DNA from: Phyllosticta citribraziliensis | Taxonomy: Eukaryota | Assembly: GCF_038025025.1 (NCBI RefSeq) | Contig: NW_027117338.1 | Span: 434,001 to 498,000, forward strand | Length of the DNA: 64,000 nt | Reading direction: 5' to 3' | In this document: positions 39,861 to 50,491 of the stretch, one piece after another | Position numbering within the stretch: the first letter of the stretch is position 1 | Layout: the number at the start of each line of letters is the position of its first letter | Position numbers and translations under genes: made by a program | Notes under the pieces: model-generated | What the model saw: only the letters and a program-made list of their open reading frames with translations | Told to the model about the DNA's origin: nothing | Databases searched by the model: none

Positions 39861-39951
39861 GGCTATTATGGCGGCCGTGATGGCGGTGGTTGGCTGGTGA
39901 GTGGCTGCGATGTGGCATCCCGGGCCATATATATCTCAAAGCTCGGGATTT

Positions 39952-40600
39952 CTTTGTCTTGCTATTTCTTCAAAGGTCGTGGGAAATGGTGGCGTAGCGA
40001 TGAAAGGACTTTGTTTATCAGGAGAGCCTCCCCTACTGTCCAGTCGCTCGGGACAAAGTGGCAGACACTTTGCTCGGATGCGGACTACTCGCCGTAGGCG
40101 CCAAATCATCCCAGCGATGAAAGGTGAATTCAGTCGGCAGTATAGACTCATCGAAGGGCACAAAAAGATTCATCTCCCACCAATCCTCCGTCAGCACCTC
40201 GACCCCGTTGCGCCAGTAGTGCATGCGTAACTCGACAATGTCGTAGCCGCGCTGTACGCGCGACGGAATGTATGGGCCAGACACTATGGGGATTTGCCAG
40301 TTGATCATCTTCGGCGTGGTCGAGTCGCCGTAGTGCTTCTCCAGCGCGCGGAAGACGCGGATCGTGCGCGAGCACTGGGACGTGGCGTCGTACCAGCGCT
40401 CGCGCACGCCGGCGCAGATTGTGGGATACTGATCGTTGGTGCCATTGGAGATTTGGTGCTGGTGGTGGTTAGCGGGCGAGTAGCTGCGGGTGTGGTATAT
40501 ATACATTGATGCTGTAAATTGCTTTATCTTGCTGATTTCTCAAAGGCCATTGGCAATGGTGGCGTTGCGATAAAAGGGCTTTGCGTATATGGAGAGCGTC
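39952..40600. repeat. Two direct copies of a 79-bp block (39952-40030 and 40522-40600) upstream of paralogs A and B
   Basis: Manual ungapped alignment gives 62/79 identical bases; the copies are 570 bp apart. Confidence 0.85.
40033..40506 (-). CDS. Orphan protein, paralog B (157 aa, N-terminally shorter)
   Basis: 'TIRVFRALE', 'YDIVELRMHYWR', 'EMNLFVPFD', 'DDLAPTA' are collinear with paralog A. Confidence 0.65.
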   Translation of the reverse strand: MYIYHTRSYSPANHHQHQISNGTNDQYPTICAGVRERWYDATSQCSRTIRVFRALEKHYGDSTTPKMINWQIPIVSGPYIPSRVQRGYDIVELRMHYWRNGVEVLTEDWWEMNLFVPFDESILPTEFTFHRWDDLAPTASSPHPSKVSATLSRATGQ

Positions 40601-40780
40601 TTTGTTGAATCTCCGTCCGAGGAACCGCATCCCCCGATGGCCGCTTCGGGACCAGACGGACAAAGGTGATGATTGATTGGGGACGACTCGAATAAATACC
40701 GTGAGATGAGACTGGTTCAATGTCATTCTATGCTTTCAACCCAACCCACGATCCACCACCGTCCTCTGCAGAAGCCCAAA

Positions 40781-41305
40781 ATGCCCACAGTTGCGTATGC
40801 GTATGATGGGACGGAGAACGGCTTCTTCGGCTGCTGGACAACACGCTATAACGTCGACGTCAACCTACAGGAGTCGTTCATCAACGACCCAACCATCAAC
40901 GGGCCGGACGCCGGCCAACGCGAATGCATCATCGGAATGACGCTCAACGACTGGGCCGCCATTGGCTACCCCCGAAACCGACACACAAGGGAGCCGCGGC
41001 TGGAGAGGTACAGATGTGTGTACGCAGAGCGCCCGTCGACGATCCGATTGTTTCGCGCGAACCGCGCCTGGAATCCTAGGATGCGGGTGCCGCAGCGAAT
41101 TTCGACCAACCTGCTGGAGGTGCCCTTGTGGGCGCTGCAGCAGTGCGAGATAACGGAGCTGAACATTACCTATTGGGATGGTGGATATAGGCCGTTGCCG
41201 CCGAGTCCGATGACAGCAGAGCTGTTTTTCCCAAATGTGCCAGGCAAGCGGACTGAGATTTGGTTTTATTATGACCTGGACCTAAGGCCAACGGCGGAGA
41301 TTTAG
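40781..41305 (+). CDS. Orphan protein, paralog C (174 aa, intronless, inverted relative to A and B)
   Basis: AAAATG start; 'REPRLERY', 'TIRLFRA', 'ITELNITYW', 'DLRPTA'. Confidence 0.7.
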   Translation: MPTVAYAYDGTENGFFGCWTTRYNVDVNLQESFINDPTINGPDAGQRECIIGMTLNDWAAIGYPRNRHTREPRLERYRCVYAERPSTIRLFRANRAWNPRMRVPQRISTNLLEVPLWALQQCEITELNITYWDGGYRPLPPSPMTAELFFPNVPGKRTEIWFYYDLDLRPTAEI

Positions 41306-41498
41306 AGCGATCGGAACTTTGAGGTTCTCTGCGCAAGGAGATGGGGTTTTGTCGATTCTTTGTTCCTTCCTTTCTTTTCTTTCTTTTTCATGAGAATTGG
41401 AAGGGTTGCTAAAAGAAAGGTCTGAATGGGAAGTGCTTTCAATCTTTTCGTCTCTATGACTATGCACCAAAAACTCCAGAGAATGGCAAGAGTCCGAA

Positions 41499-43717
41499 TC
41501 ACAGCTCAACGAAATCACCCAACAAATACTTGCCCTCTCTCTTATCACTCAAATACTTGACAACCTTCTCCGTCATAGCCGTCGTCTCAAAGCCAAACCA
41601 CTTGTATGCCGCCTTGCCCGGCAAGCTCTTGCCAAATGTCTTGACGCAAAACGCAGCATCGGCGTAGCGCTCCCAGCCTTGCGGCGCGTACGGCTCAATG
41701 ACCACTGACGGGATACCTTGGTGGCGCTTGAGCGTGTCGCGGTTGTAGGAAATGTCTTGTCTTTCGAAGAGGCGCTGGCACGGGAAACTGACGACGCGCG
41801 TGCGGATGCCGCGCTCGCGCAGAGCGGCAGCCACGTCGACGGCGAAGCTGAGTTCAGCGCCTACGCCAACGAGCGTGACGTCGGCGTCTTCGACCTCCTC
41901 GATGACGTAGGCTCCCTTCGCGACGCCGTCGCGGCGCGTCTTGGGCGCCAGTTGCGGCAACGTGTGGCGCGAGGTCGAGATGATTGTGGGAGTATTTTTG
42001 GCCTCGATGGCGGCGATCCAGGCGCCGGCCGTCTCTTCGCTGTCGGCGGGACGGATGTAGAGGAGGTTGGGCATGGCGCGGTAGAGGGCGGCCAGCTCGA
42101 TGGGCTGGTGCGTGGGTCCGTCTTCGCCCATGCCGATGCTGTCGTGCGTTGCGGCGTGGATGATTTGGAGGTGCTGCAGCGCACCCATGCGCACGGCTGG
42201 CGCTGCGTATAGGTAGAAGATAAAGAAGGAACTGGTGACGGGGATGATCGTGTTGGGGGCAAATGCTGCCAGTCCATTGCTTACGGCCGCCATTACGTGC
42301 TCTCTTACACCGTAGTGAACGTAGCGTCCACGATATGTCCCGTTGATGCCGCATGTCGTCTTGCGGTCTGGATGCTGAAAGTCTTCCTTGCCTTTCCAAA
42401 TCATGTTGACGGACGGCGACAGATCTGCCGTGCCAACCATGAAGTTGCTGATTGCTTGCGCAATTGGGTTGAAGACGAGACCCGAAGACGCCCGCGTAGC
42501 CGTCAGCTTGTTAGGAAACTCCTTCGGAATGAGGTCTTTCCAGTGTGCCGGCAATTCGCCCCTGACGCGGGCCTTGAATTCAGCTGCGAGCTCTGGGTGA
42601 GCCTGGCTGTACTTTTCAACCAGCTCGTTCCACCCTTGCACAAGCTTTTCGCCACGCAATGGGCACTCGGCGAAGAACTGCTTGACCTGGTCGGTAATTA
42701 CAAAGTGCTCATCTCGGTTGAAGCCGTAGGCTGCCTTCATTTTGGCAATGTCGTCTTTGCCCAGCGCAGCTCCGTGTGCAACTGCAGTGCCAGCCACCGC
42801 ACTTCCGACTCCAATGACCGTTCTGACGTTGATGAATGTGGGATTTTCGGTTGAAGTTTTCGACTTGTTCAGGGCATTTACAAGGCCCTCCACGTCGAAG
42901 CAGCCGTCCTCAATATCTATCACGTCCCAGCCGCATGCCGTCATTTTTGCGTTGACATCCTCGCTGTTGGTCAGGTCCACTGAGCCATCGCAGGTAATTT
43001 GGTTGTTGTCGTAGATGACGGTCAGGTTGTTGAGTTTGAGGTGACCAGCGAGAGAAATGGCTTCCAGGCCAACACCCTCCTGCAAGCACGCGTCTCCAAT
43101 CATGCACCACGTGTGGTTGTCAACGACATCGTAGCCGGGCCGGTTGTATGTTGCGCCCAAGTGCTTTGACGCGATAGCCAGACCGACGGCATTGGCGATA
43201 CCCTGGCCAAGCGGGCCCGTCGTAACTTCGATTCCTTCGTGCTCAATCTCAGGGTGCCCGGGGGCAAACGAATCTTTGCGGGACGAGTGGTAGCTCTTGA
43301 GCTGGTCCAGAGTCATGGCCTTGTATCCGGTAAGATGCAGGAAGCTGTATTGGAACAAACATGTGTGTCCTAAAACAGGCATTAGATATCTGTCTTGGAC
43401 TAGAGTCATTTCCACCCACCGTTTGAAAGCACAAATCTATCGCGGTTGAAATAGTCGGGCGTGTGCGGCGCGTAGCGCATGGCGTATTTCCACAGCGCAA
43501 TGCCAATCGCGGCCATGCCAATGGCACCTCCAGGGTGTCCGCCGTTGAACTGCTGACACAGGTCCGCGATCAATAACCGAAAGGCCTTGAGGACGTGGTC
43601 ATGCTCGGGCGACAGCTTTGCGACAGCATTCTTTTCCACTTTGGCTTCTTCCAGGACGCGATCGACCAGAGTCTCTCCGTATGCCGTGTGGCCGTTCGTT
43701 GCGACGCCTGGAGCCAT
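41499..43717 (-). CDS. Transketolase / dihydroxyacetone synthase-like ThDP enzyme, intron ~43371-43420
   Basis: 'GGHPGGAIG', 'NRDRFVLSNGH', 'TTGPLGQG', ThDP motif 'GDACLQEG...YDNN', 'YGVREH', 'THDSIGMGEDGPTHQP'. Confidence 0.93.
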
Positions 43718-44419
43718 TATGGAGATGTTGCGAAGGAGAGGGAGAGAGATAGAGATTGGAGACAAAGAAGGGCGTCGGCGGACGTGAAGAGCTGCCAGCT
43801 CAAAGATTTAAGCCCCGGACACCGCCGTGCGGACCGTCTGCAGCGGCGCGTGAAGCCATGATCGCACGCGTCGGGTACGTAGCGCTCTTGGAATTTCCAC
43901 AACGGGCGCCGCAACAAAGGTGCCCGAAGCCCCTCCACCGCGCCGAAAAGGAATCCGGCGGCTAAGTTTCCCGAGGTGGCCAAGTGTGGGCAGCGGATTA
44001 CCGGATTCGGCAAGAAATGGATGGAGGTAAGAATTGCCTCTTTGGGCGCCGGCTACCCCACACTTTTTTCTGGACTGCGGAGCTCCGTGTTGGCCTGACG
44101 CCTGACTTGCATCGTCGGCGGCGCGCCAGCCGGTGATCTGCAGCTAGGGACGGCGAGTAAACGACGGGCGCGTCTGGAGAGATGCGGCTTTGTTTGGACG
44201 GCCCCGGGGCTGCGTATCTATGTGGCGTTCCCGGCCGCCAGCTGGCACCCCGGAGTTCCACACCTCGTAGCGAATCTGCTCCTCAATATGTCATGGGCTC
44301 GAGAATAGCGGATCTAGGCCTTGTGTCATGGGATGTGGTTTTTCTCGTGCCCCTCTCTCGTCTCCGAAGAAAGTATTTCCTTAGTCCTGGGCCTGACTTT
44401 TGAATTGAACAAACACAAG

Positions 44420-45697
44420 ATGGCGCTTCCAACAGTGACGACCGACGACATTCTCCAAACAAATGGAAACACCATCAAACTGTCAGCAAACGATTCCGTA
44501 GTGGAAAAGGTGTCTGACCTCTCCCGCTATGGCAATCCCGCGCTGAAAGCAACCGTGGACCACCAAATCTCGCTGAACGAAGCGCCAATCGAAGAACCAG
44601 GTCCGGGACAAGTCCTGTTGCACATCAAAGCCACTGGAATCTGCGGGTGCGTAGTTTTCGCCAGGAGAAGAATCAAGCTGACAGTGTGCCAGGTCCGACA
44701 TTCACTTTTGGAAGTCGGGTCGCATTGGGTCGCTGGTCTTCGAAGGTGACTGCATCCTCGGCCACGAAGCCGCCGGCATCGTCCTCAAGTGCGGACCAGA
44801 TGTGCAGGAATTCCGACCCGGTGATCGCGTCGCAGTGGAGCCCGGCGTCCCCTGCGGATCTTGCTTTCTCTGTCGCGCTGGACGGTACAACCTGTGTGAA
44901 GCAGTCGAGTTCGCTGGCGTCTACCCCTACAATGGCACACTCCAACGGTTCAAGGTCCATCCCGCGCGCTGGCTGTACAAGTTGCCCGACAATGTGAGCT
45001 TTGCAGAGGGCGCTTTGCTTGAGCCCTTGTCCGTCGTCATGCACGGCATCGCGACGGCTCCACTGTCGCTTGGTCGTCCGGCGTTGATATGTGGTGCTGG
45101 TCCAATCGGCCTGCTTGCTCTCGCTTCTGCGCGCGCTTCTGGCGCCAATCCCATCGTCATTACCGACCTCGAGCCAAAGCGCCTGGCGTTTGCAAAGTCG
45201 TACGTTCCCGCTTGCCAGACGTATCAGATTCGAAAAGATTGGGATGCCCGGCAGAATGCCGAGGGGATTCGACAGCTGTTTGGCGAGACCGAGTACGAGG
45301 CGCCTGATACGGTGCTGGAGTGCACGGGCGTGGAGAGCAGCATATGCACTGCAGCTTTCGCCGCCAGAAGAGGCGGGACCGTGTGTGTTATTGGAGTGGG
45401 CAGAGAGATTATGAACAACCTGCCGTTCATGCACTTGAGTCTAGCCGAGGTGAGTGCCATCCGTCTTTTGCTTGGTCGAGACTTACGAAAGAGATCAACT
45501 TGAAATTCATCAACCGATACCGCGATACTTGGCCGGCCGGCATTTCAGCCGTCAGTGGTGGTGTTCTGAATGTCAAACCTTTGATTTCGCACACATTTCC
45601 GCTGGAGAAGGCAAGAGATGCCTTGGAGTTGTGTTCCGACGTCAGTCAAGGAAGCATCAAAGTGCAGGTGGTGGACGAGGTGGAGGTCCGGATTTGA
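44420..45697 (+). CDS. Zn-dependent polyol dehydrogenase (L-arabinitol/xylitol/sorbitol dehydrogenase family), 3 exons
   Basis: 'TGICGSDIHFW', 'LGHEAAG', structural Zn site 'CGSCFLC...NLC', 'GALLEPLSV', 'GAGPIG'. The Asp in 'ITDLEP' suggests NAD preference. Confidence 0.92.
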
Positions 45698-45962
45698 GGA
45701 CACTTTTGTCGCAGGGGCGCCTTGATTGCTGCTGTTGTGAGGTAGGAGTAGAGTACGATGCGAAAGCAGTACGAGTAGGATCCTTGGCAATTGTAAAGTC
45801 GAGCATCCTCACGGTCAAGGGCATGATGAATGGAGCAAACAGTATACCTTTTCAATTAGCGTCCCAAACGCCTTTTTCAGTCGTCTCCCTGTCCGAAAGG
45901 ACCTTGCCCACTATTAGTACAAACACCCGAAATATTTAGAGCTTCGTAGATTCCTCAAGCCG

Positions 45963-48763
45963 TCAGACGAGAAAGCCAGTCTCGAAAGCTGACAGCGTTG
46001 GGTCAAGTTGAAAGGCCAGCCAATCACTCCAATCACCACCGAGAAAGTCTCCCTCCAAGGCCTCCATACTGCTCCCGCCGCTCCTGAAAGACTGGTCGGC
46101 CATGTTGGTGTCTTGAGGCAGACTTGAACTCGGAATGCTGACGGGTCCGGAGTTGGGGACACTTTGCTGCTGAGACGGAGCCGGGTCAGGCCCGGGCCGA
46201 TCGACAGACTGCACCTTTTGGAGCAGCGTGGCGAGCGACTCGGCGTAAAGGGGTCCCGGGTGCAGGTCGTCGACGGCTGTTGTGTTCATAATGTGGATAA
46301 CCTCGTTCAGAAGGCCCACCATGTCGCTTCTGGGTTCGATACTTAGACCAAGGACCTGTGCTCGTGTCAGCAAGACGAAATACAAGCTTTGGCGTTATGA
46401 ATAATACCTTCATCCCGAATACTGCCGAAGTGATTATGTGCTGAAGCAAAGTCTCGCTCACGTTGCGGAAGAAGCCAACTTTATGAAGTTCTACTGTAAG
46501 TTCTAGTACCCGGCGAGAACCAGTAGCAATCTGTAAATGTAAGTATCCCAACTTTGAGAATGCATTGGGTTATACGTACGACTTTGACAAGCTCCATATC
46601 TCTGCTCGCTTCGGGGAGACTGACAGCCGCTGTCGTATTTGCAGCCAAGGCCGATCTTTGCTGCTCGGCATTGTTCACTGGACCAGACAAAGAAGCCGAC
46701 CTCTCAAGTATGGCCTGGATTGCAATGAGGTGGAAATATGAACGAGAGTTGTGGTACATGATTTCAGATTGCAGTCTGAAAGGGAGAGGGACTAGAAGGC
46801 TGTTAGCAAAGAAGCTGAACAGAGTTGTCATCACATACTGTTGGGGATATTTTGCCATCTGGTAAACCAACTCTCGAGAGACTGATCGAAATGAGCGATA
46901 ATGTCGAAATATCTTTTGTTCGAAATGAAGGCCTTGGTCTGTGAAGGAGTCGCATACAACGTGTTGGTTGCAAGGCGGGCGATTCTTGCCAGCTCGATGA
47001 TACAGTCCAAGCTTTGGTGCACACCGCGGTCGCTTTGATCTAGATTGATGTGGCTATCAAAGGCTCTCGAGTCGAGCGAAGAGGAGAATAGATGGTTGAG
47101 CGACGAACTCCTGCCACATCGAAAGGCAGACTCGACTGTGTGGAGAATGAGGAATTTCCGAACGCGCAAAAACCTTTCCGGGGTGTCTTGGCTTTTGACG
47201 GGAAGAGAATTGATTCCATCAGGCCCTTCATCGAAGAGTCCAATCTCCTGGGCGAGAGTCGATGCGACTCCAAGTAGCATCCTATACATGTTAGCAAAGT
47301 ACTAAAAGCAGTACCGTTGTTCGCACCATGACATCTTGTTGGACTGCTTGCTCAGCTTGGCAATGAGTGTGCCGTGCAGCCCTCGTTCGGACTTTTCGAA
47401 GAAGTGCTTTCCGTGTGCCTGATTCTCAAAGTCGGTGGGCAGCGCTTGCTCGCTCAAGTCAGATAGAAGGTAGAGCGCTTCGAGATGCTGGGTGGTCGAG
47501 TCAGAAAATGGCGACAAAATGGCGACAACAATACAAGTGGCTCATACCCAAGTTGTGAGCAACAAGAGGCTCTGAATGAATCCAAGCGTCCTCCCAACGA
47601 TGGCGTCCGCTTCGAGGCCCCAAATCACCCGAGACAGGGCTGTTTGAATGTGTCGAAACAGGGAGTTGTGTGCGATGAGACGACGGGAGAATGCCGAGTG
47701 TCCTGGCAAGCTTCCGTATCGACATGCTATGGCGATGATTGTGCAGCACAGAATCGGTTCCTCTTGCAAGAGCGTCCAATGGTTGGCTGGATCCAGATAG
47801 TGATCGGAGAGGATAGGATAAAGGGGGTTCATATGATTGAAGTAGCTTCACAACTCATCAGTTTAATAACTTTTGGGCCTGGAATATACGTACTATTTGA
47901 GCAAATGGATGCACTCTGTTGGGTTGAGAATTTTGTCTTTGCAGAGTCGAAAGTGCAGCCAGGTGTTGAAAGACTCGTCATCCCAATGAGCCAAAATTTC
48001 CTCATGGTTGAGCTTCATCTGGCTCGCGGTTGACGTTGCAAAATCACCTTGCCATTCCGGAGGAGTGCCATGCATGGGCGGGTGATGGCAGTCGGGGCCA
48101 CCCAAAGGATCAGAATTAGCACTCTCGTAACGGGCGGCGGTGGATAGAAGATGCATGGCATCGACATTGTTTTTGAGTGGTGTATGCATCAGTTGGTCTT
48201 TGAGTCCGTCTTGAGTCAATCGCTTGGGAACAGCAGTTTCTACCGTCGAGCTACTGGTATTTAACTGCCGCTCATGACTTGCTTGCCGAGTAGTCTCCGT
48301 AGAAGGCCAAGACGCAGTCGAAGGCAAAGAGGGAGCGGGCAGTCCATGGCTTGCAGTGGCGTTGGAACCACCTGATGCGTTCAGTCAGTTTCAATACTTG
48401 GCCGTTTTGATCTGCAGTATTACCGAGAGTCGTCTGGTCAGGTTCGCTAGAATTGGCCTGATACTTGGCTCCTTTGGTCGAATACCGGCTCGGACCGAAG
48501 ACGCATTCGCGACGTGCCCTTCTACAACTAATCGCTCGTTAGTCTGGGAAGTGCCCTTCTGGAACAGCAGGCTACGGTTATTACCGTGTGCAAGGGGGTT
48601 GCTTTTCGTTGTGTAAGCATCGCCTCATGACTCTTCAAGGGAATCTTACCGGATCGTCACAACTACCCAGGTCACATCGGCCTTTTTGCTTCTTACATGC
48701 CTCGCAAGCTTGATAATTGCGGCGATATGAAGACCTCTTCCTGGGTTGCGAGCGCTCTGCCAT
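45963..48763 (-). CDS. Zn(II)2Cys6 fungal transcription factor, multi-exon
   Basis: 'RRNYQACEACKKQKGRCDLG...PCTR' binuclear cluster split by introns. Middle region 'EEPILCCTIIAIACRY', 'RTLGFIQSLLLL', 'LLGVASTLAQEIGLF'. Confidence 0.85.
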
Positions 48764-49397
48764 GGTTGTGGGCGTTCTTGGAGGTGGATAACGAGGGAAG
48801 TTGAAGGTAGCGACCGGATACTGACGGAAAGGAAACTGGACAGCACTTGAAACGGCGGACAGATTTTCCGTATCGGATCAGGCTTGTACCACCTTACCCT
48901 AGTCTCTCGGGACCATCTGTTCCGCTGCTGAGCTTGGTTTGCACAAAAATAATGCCGTGTGCTTGACGGAATGATGGGTGGTTTGTCGAGGATGGGACAT
49001 ATTTCGACGAGCAACTCCCAGCGCTGAAAGCCTGAGAAAATTGAACATTTGGATGAGAAATTGAGCAGTGAATTGAGCAGCAAATCGAATAGTGGCTGGG
49101 GAGACCCCTGCCAGCGCCCTTGAAAGCCTTCTGCCTTGATGCCTTGAATATCACGTGGCGCTGGGAAATCGACTGGCTAGAAGCTGATTGGTTCGCAGCT
49201 TCCGGTCTTTATCCGAACTGCAGTCCTTGAGCCGACCTTCTGGCACGACAACAAAGTCAGTCCACACGCCTTCAAATTTCGGGATCAATGTATTGTCCCT
49301 CTTCGGTACATTTGGTATCCCACTCCAAGACAATGCGCGGCAGTCTTTCCCCCAGTCTTCCATCGTCGCTGTGAAACCACGCTACCCATCGACCCGT

Positions 49398-50491
49398 TTA
49401 CTGAGACGCCGCCGAGTCTCCAGCGCCACCAGCGAAAATGCGCAGCGGCTTCTTCTCCAAGTAGTATCCAGGGTCGTTGAATCTCAGACCCTTGTCCAGC
49501 GACGAAATGGCGTCAAGCTCGGCTTGCGACAAGTCAAAGTCAACAACCTGCAGGTTCTGCTTCAGGCGGTCGGGGTTGTTGGACTTGGGAATGACGGCAA
49601 TGCCGCGCTGTATGGCCCAGCGGAGGAGCGCTTGGGCTGGTGTGACCTTGTGAGCCTCGGCAACCTTCTTGACGGTGCTGTGGTCGAAAAGCAGCGGCGC
49701 GTCCTCGGCGCGCTTGGACTTGAGCTCCAGGAAGCTCTGGGGTCCGAAGCTGGAGTAGGCCGTCACGACAACGCCGTTTTCTTGGGCCAACTTGATGAGC
49801 TCTGGCTGCACAAGGTAGGGGTGGTGCTCGATTTGGAGAGAGGAAAGAGGGTGACGGTTGTATGTTAGGAGATCGTAGATGCTTTGCGCCTGGAAGTTGC
49901 TGACACCGATGCTCTTGGCGATGCCCTCGTCGACGACTTGCTCGAGAGCCTGCCACGTCTCGTGAATCGGAATACGTTCGGTCTCGATGGTGCCCGCGTC
50001 ATCCAACCACCAAGCCTATGCCCGTTAGCTTTGGACATCAAGGTGCAAAGTAGGTATTACAGGATATTGTCTGACGGCCGGGTCAATGTACTTGAGGGCG
50101 ACGGGGAAGTGAATCAAGTAGAGGTCAATGTAGCCAAGTCCCCATTGCTCGTTTTGCCATTTGGCCATCTTGACGGCGATATCCTTTTGGTGGTAGTTGT
50201 TCCACAGCTTGGTGGTGATGAAGATTTCTTCTCTCTTCACGAGGCCATCGTTGATGGCACGCTTGATACCCTCACCGGCCTCTTTTTCATTCTGGTAGTC
50301 GTAGGCTCCGTCGAAGAGTCTGTAGCCATTTTTGATGGCCTGAAGAGGTCAGCAGCGTTAGGGCAAGGTGTCGAGATTCTCACATTGTAGACGGTGTCGG
50401 CGGCGGTTTCCTTGGGAACCTTCCAGAGACCAAAGCCAACCAGCGGCATCTGGTGGCCCGAGGCCAATTTGACGTAACCCTTGGCAGCCAT
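49398..50491 (-). CDS. NAD(P)H-dependent aldose (xylose-reductase-like) aldo-keto reductase, 3 exons
   Basis: '[11 protein letters not shown]', '[13 protein letters not shown]', 'FITTKLWN', 'DLYLIHFP', 'SIGVSNF', 'QIEHHPYL', 'YSSFGPQSF', 'IPKSN'. Confidence 0.93.
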
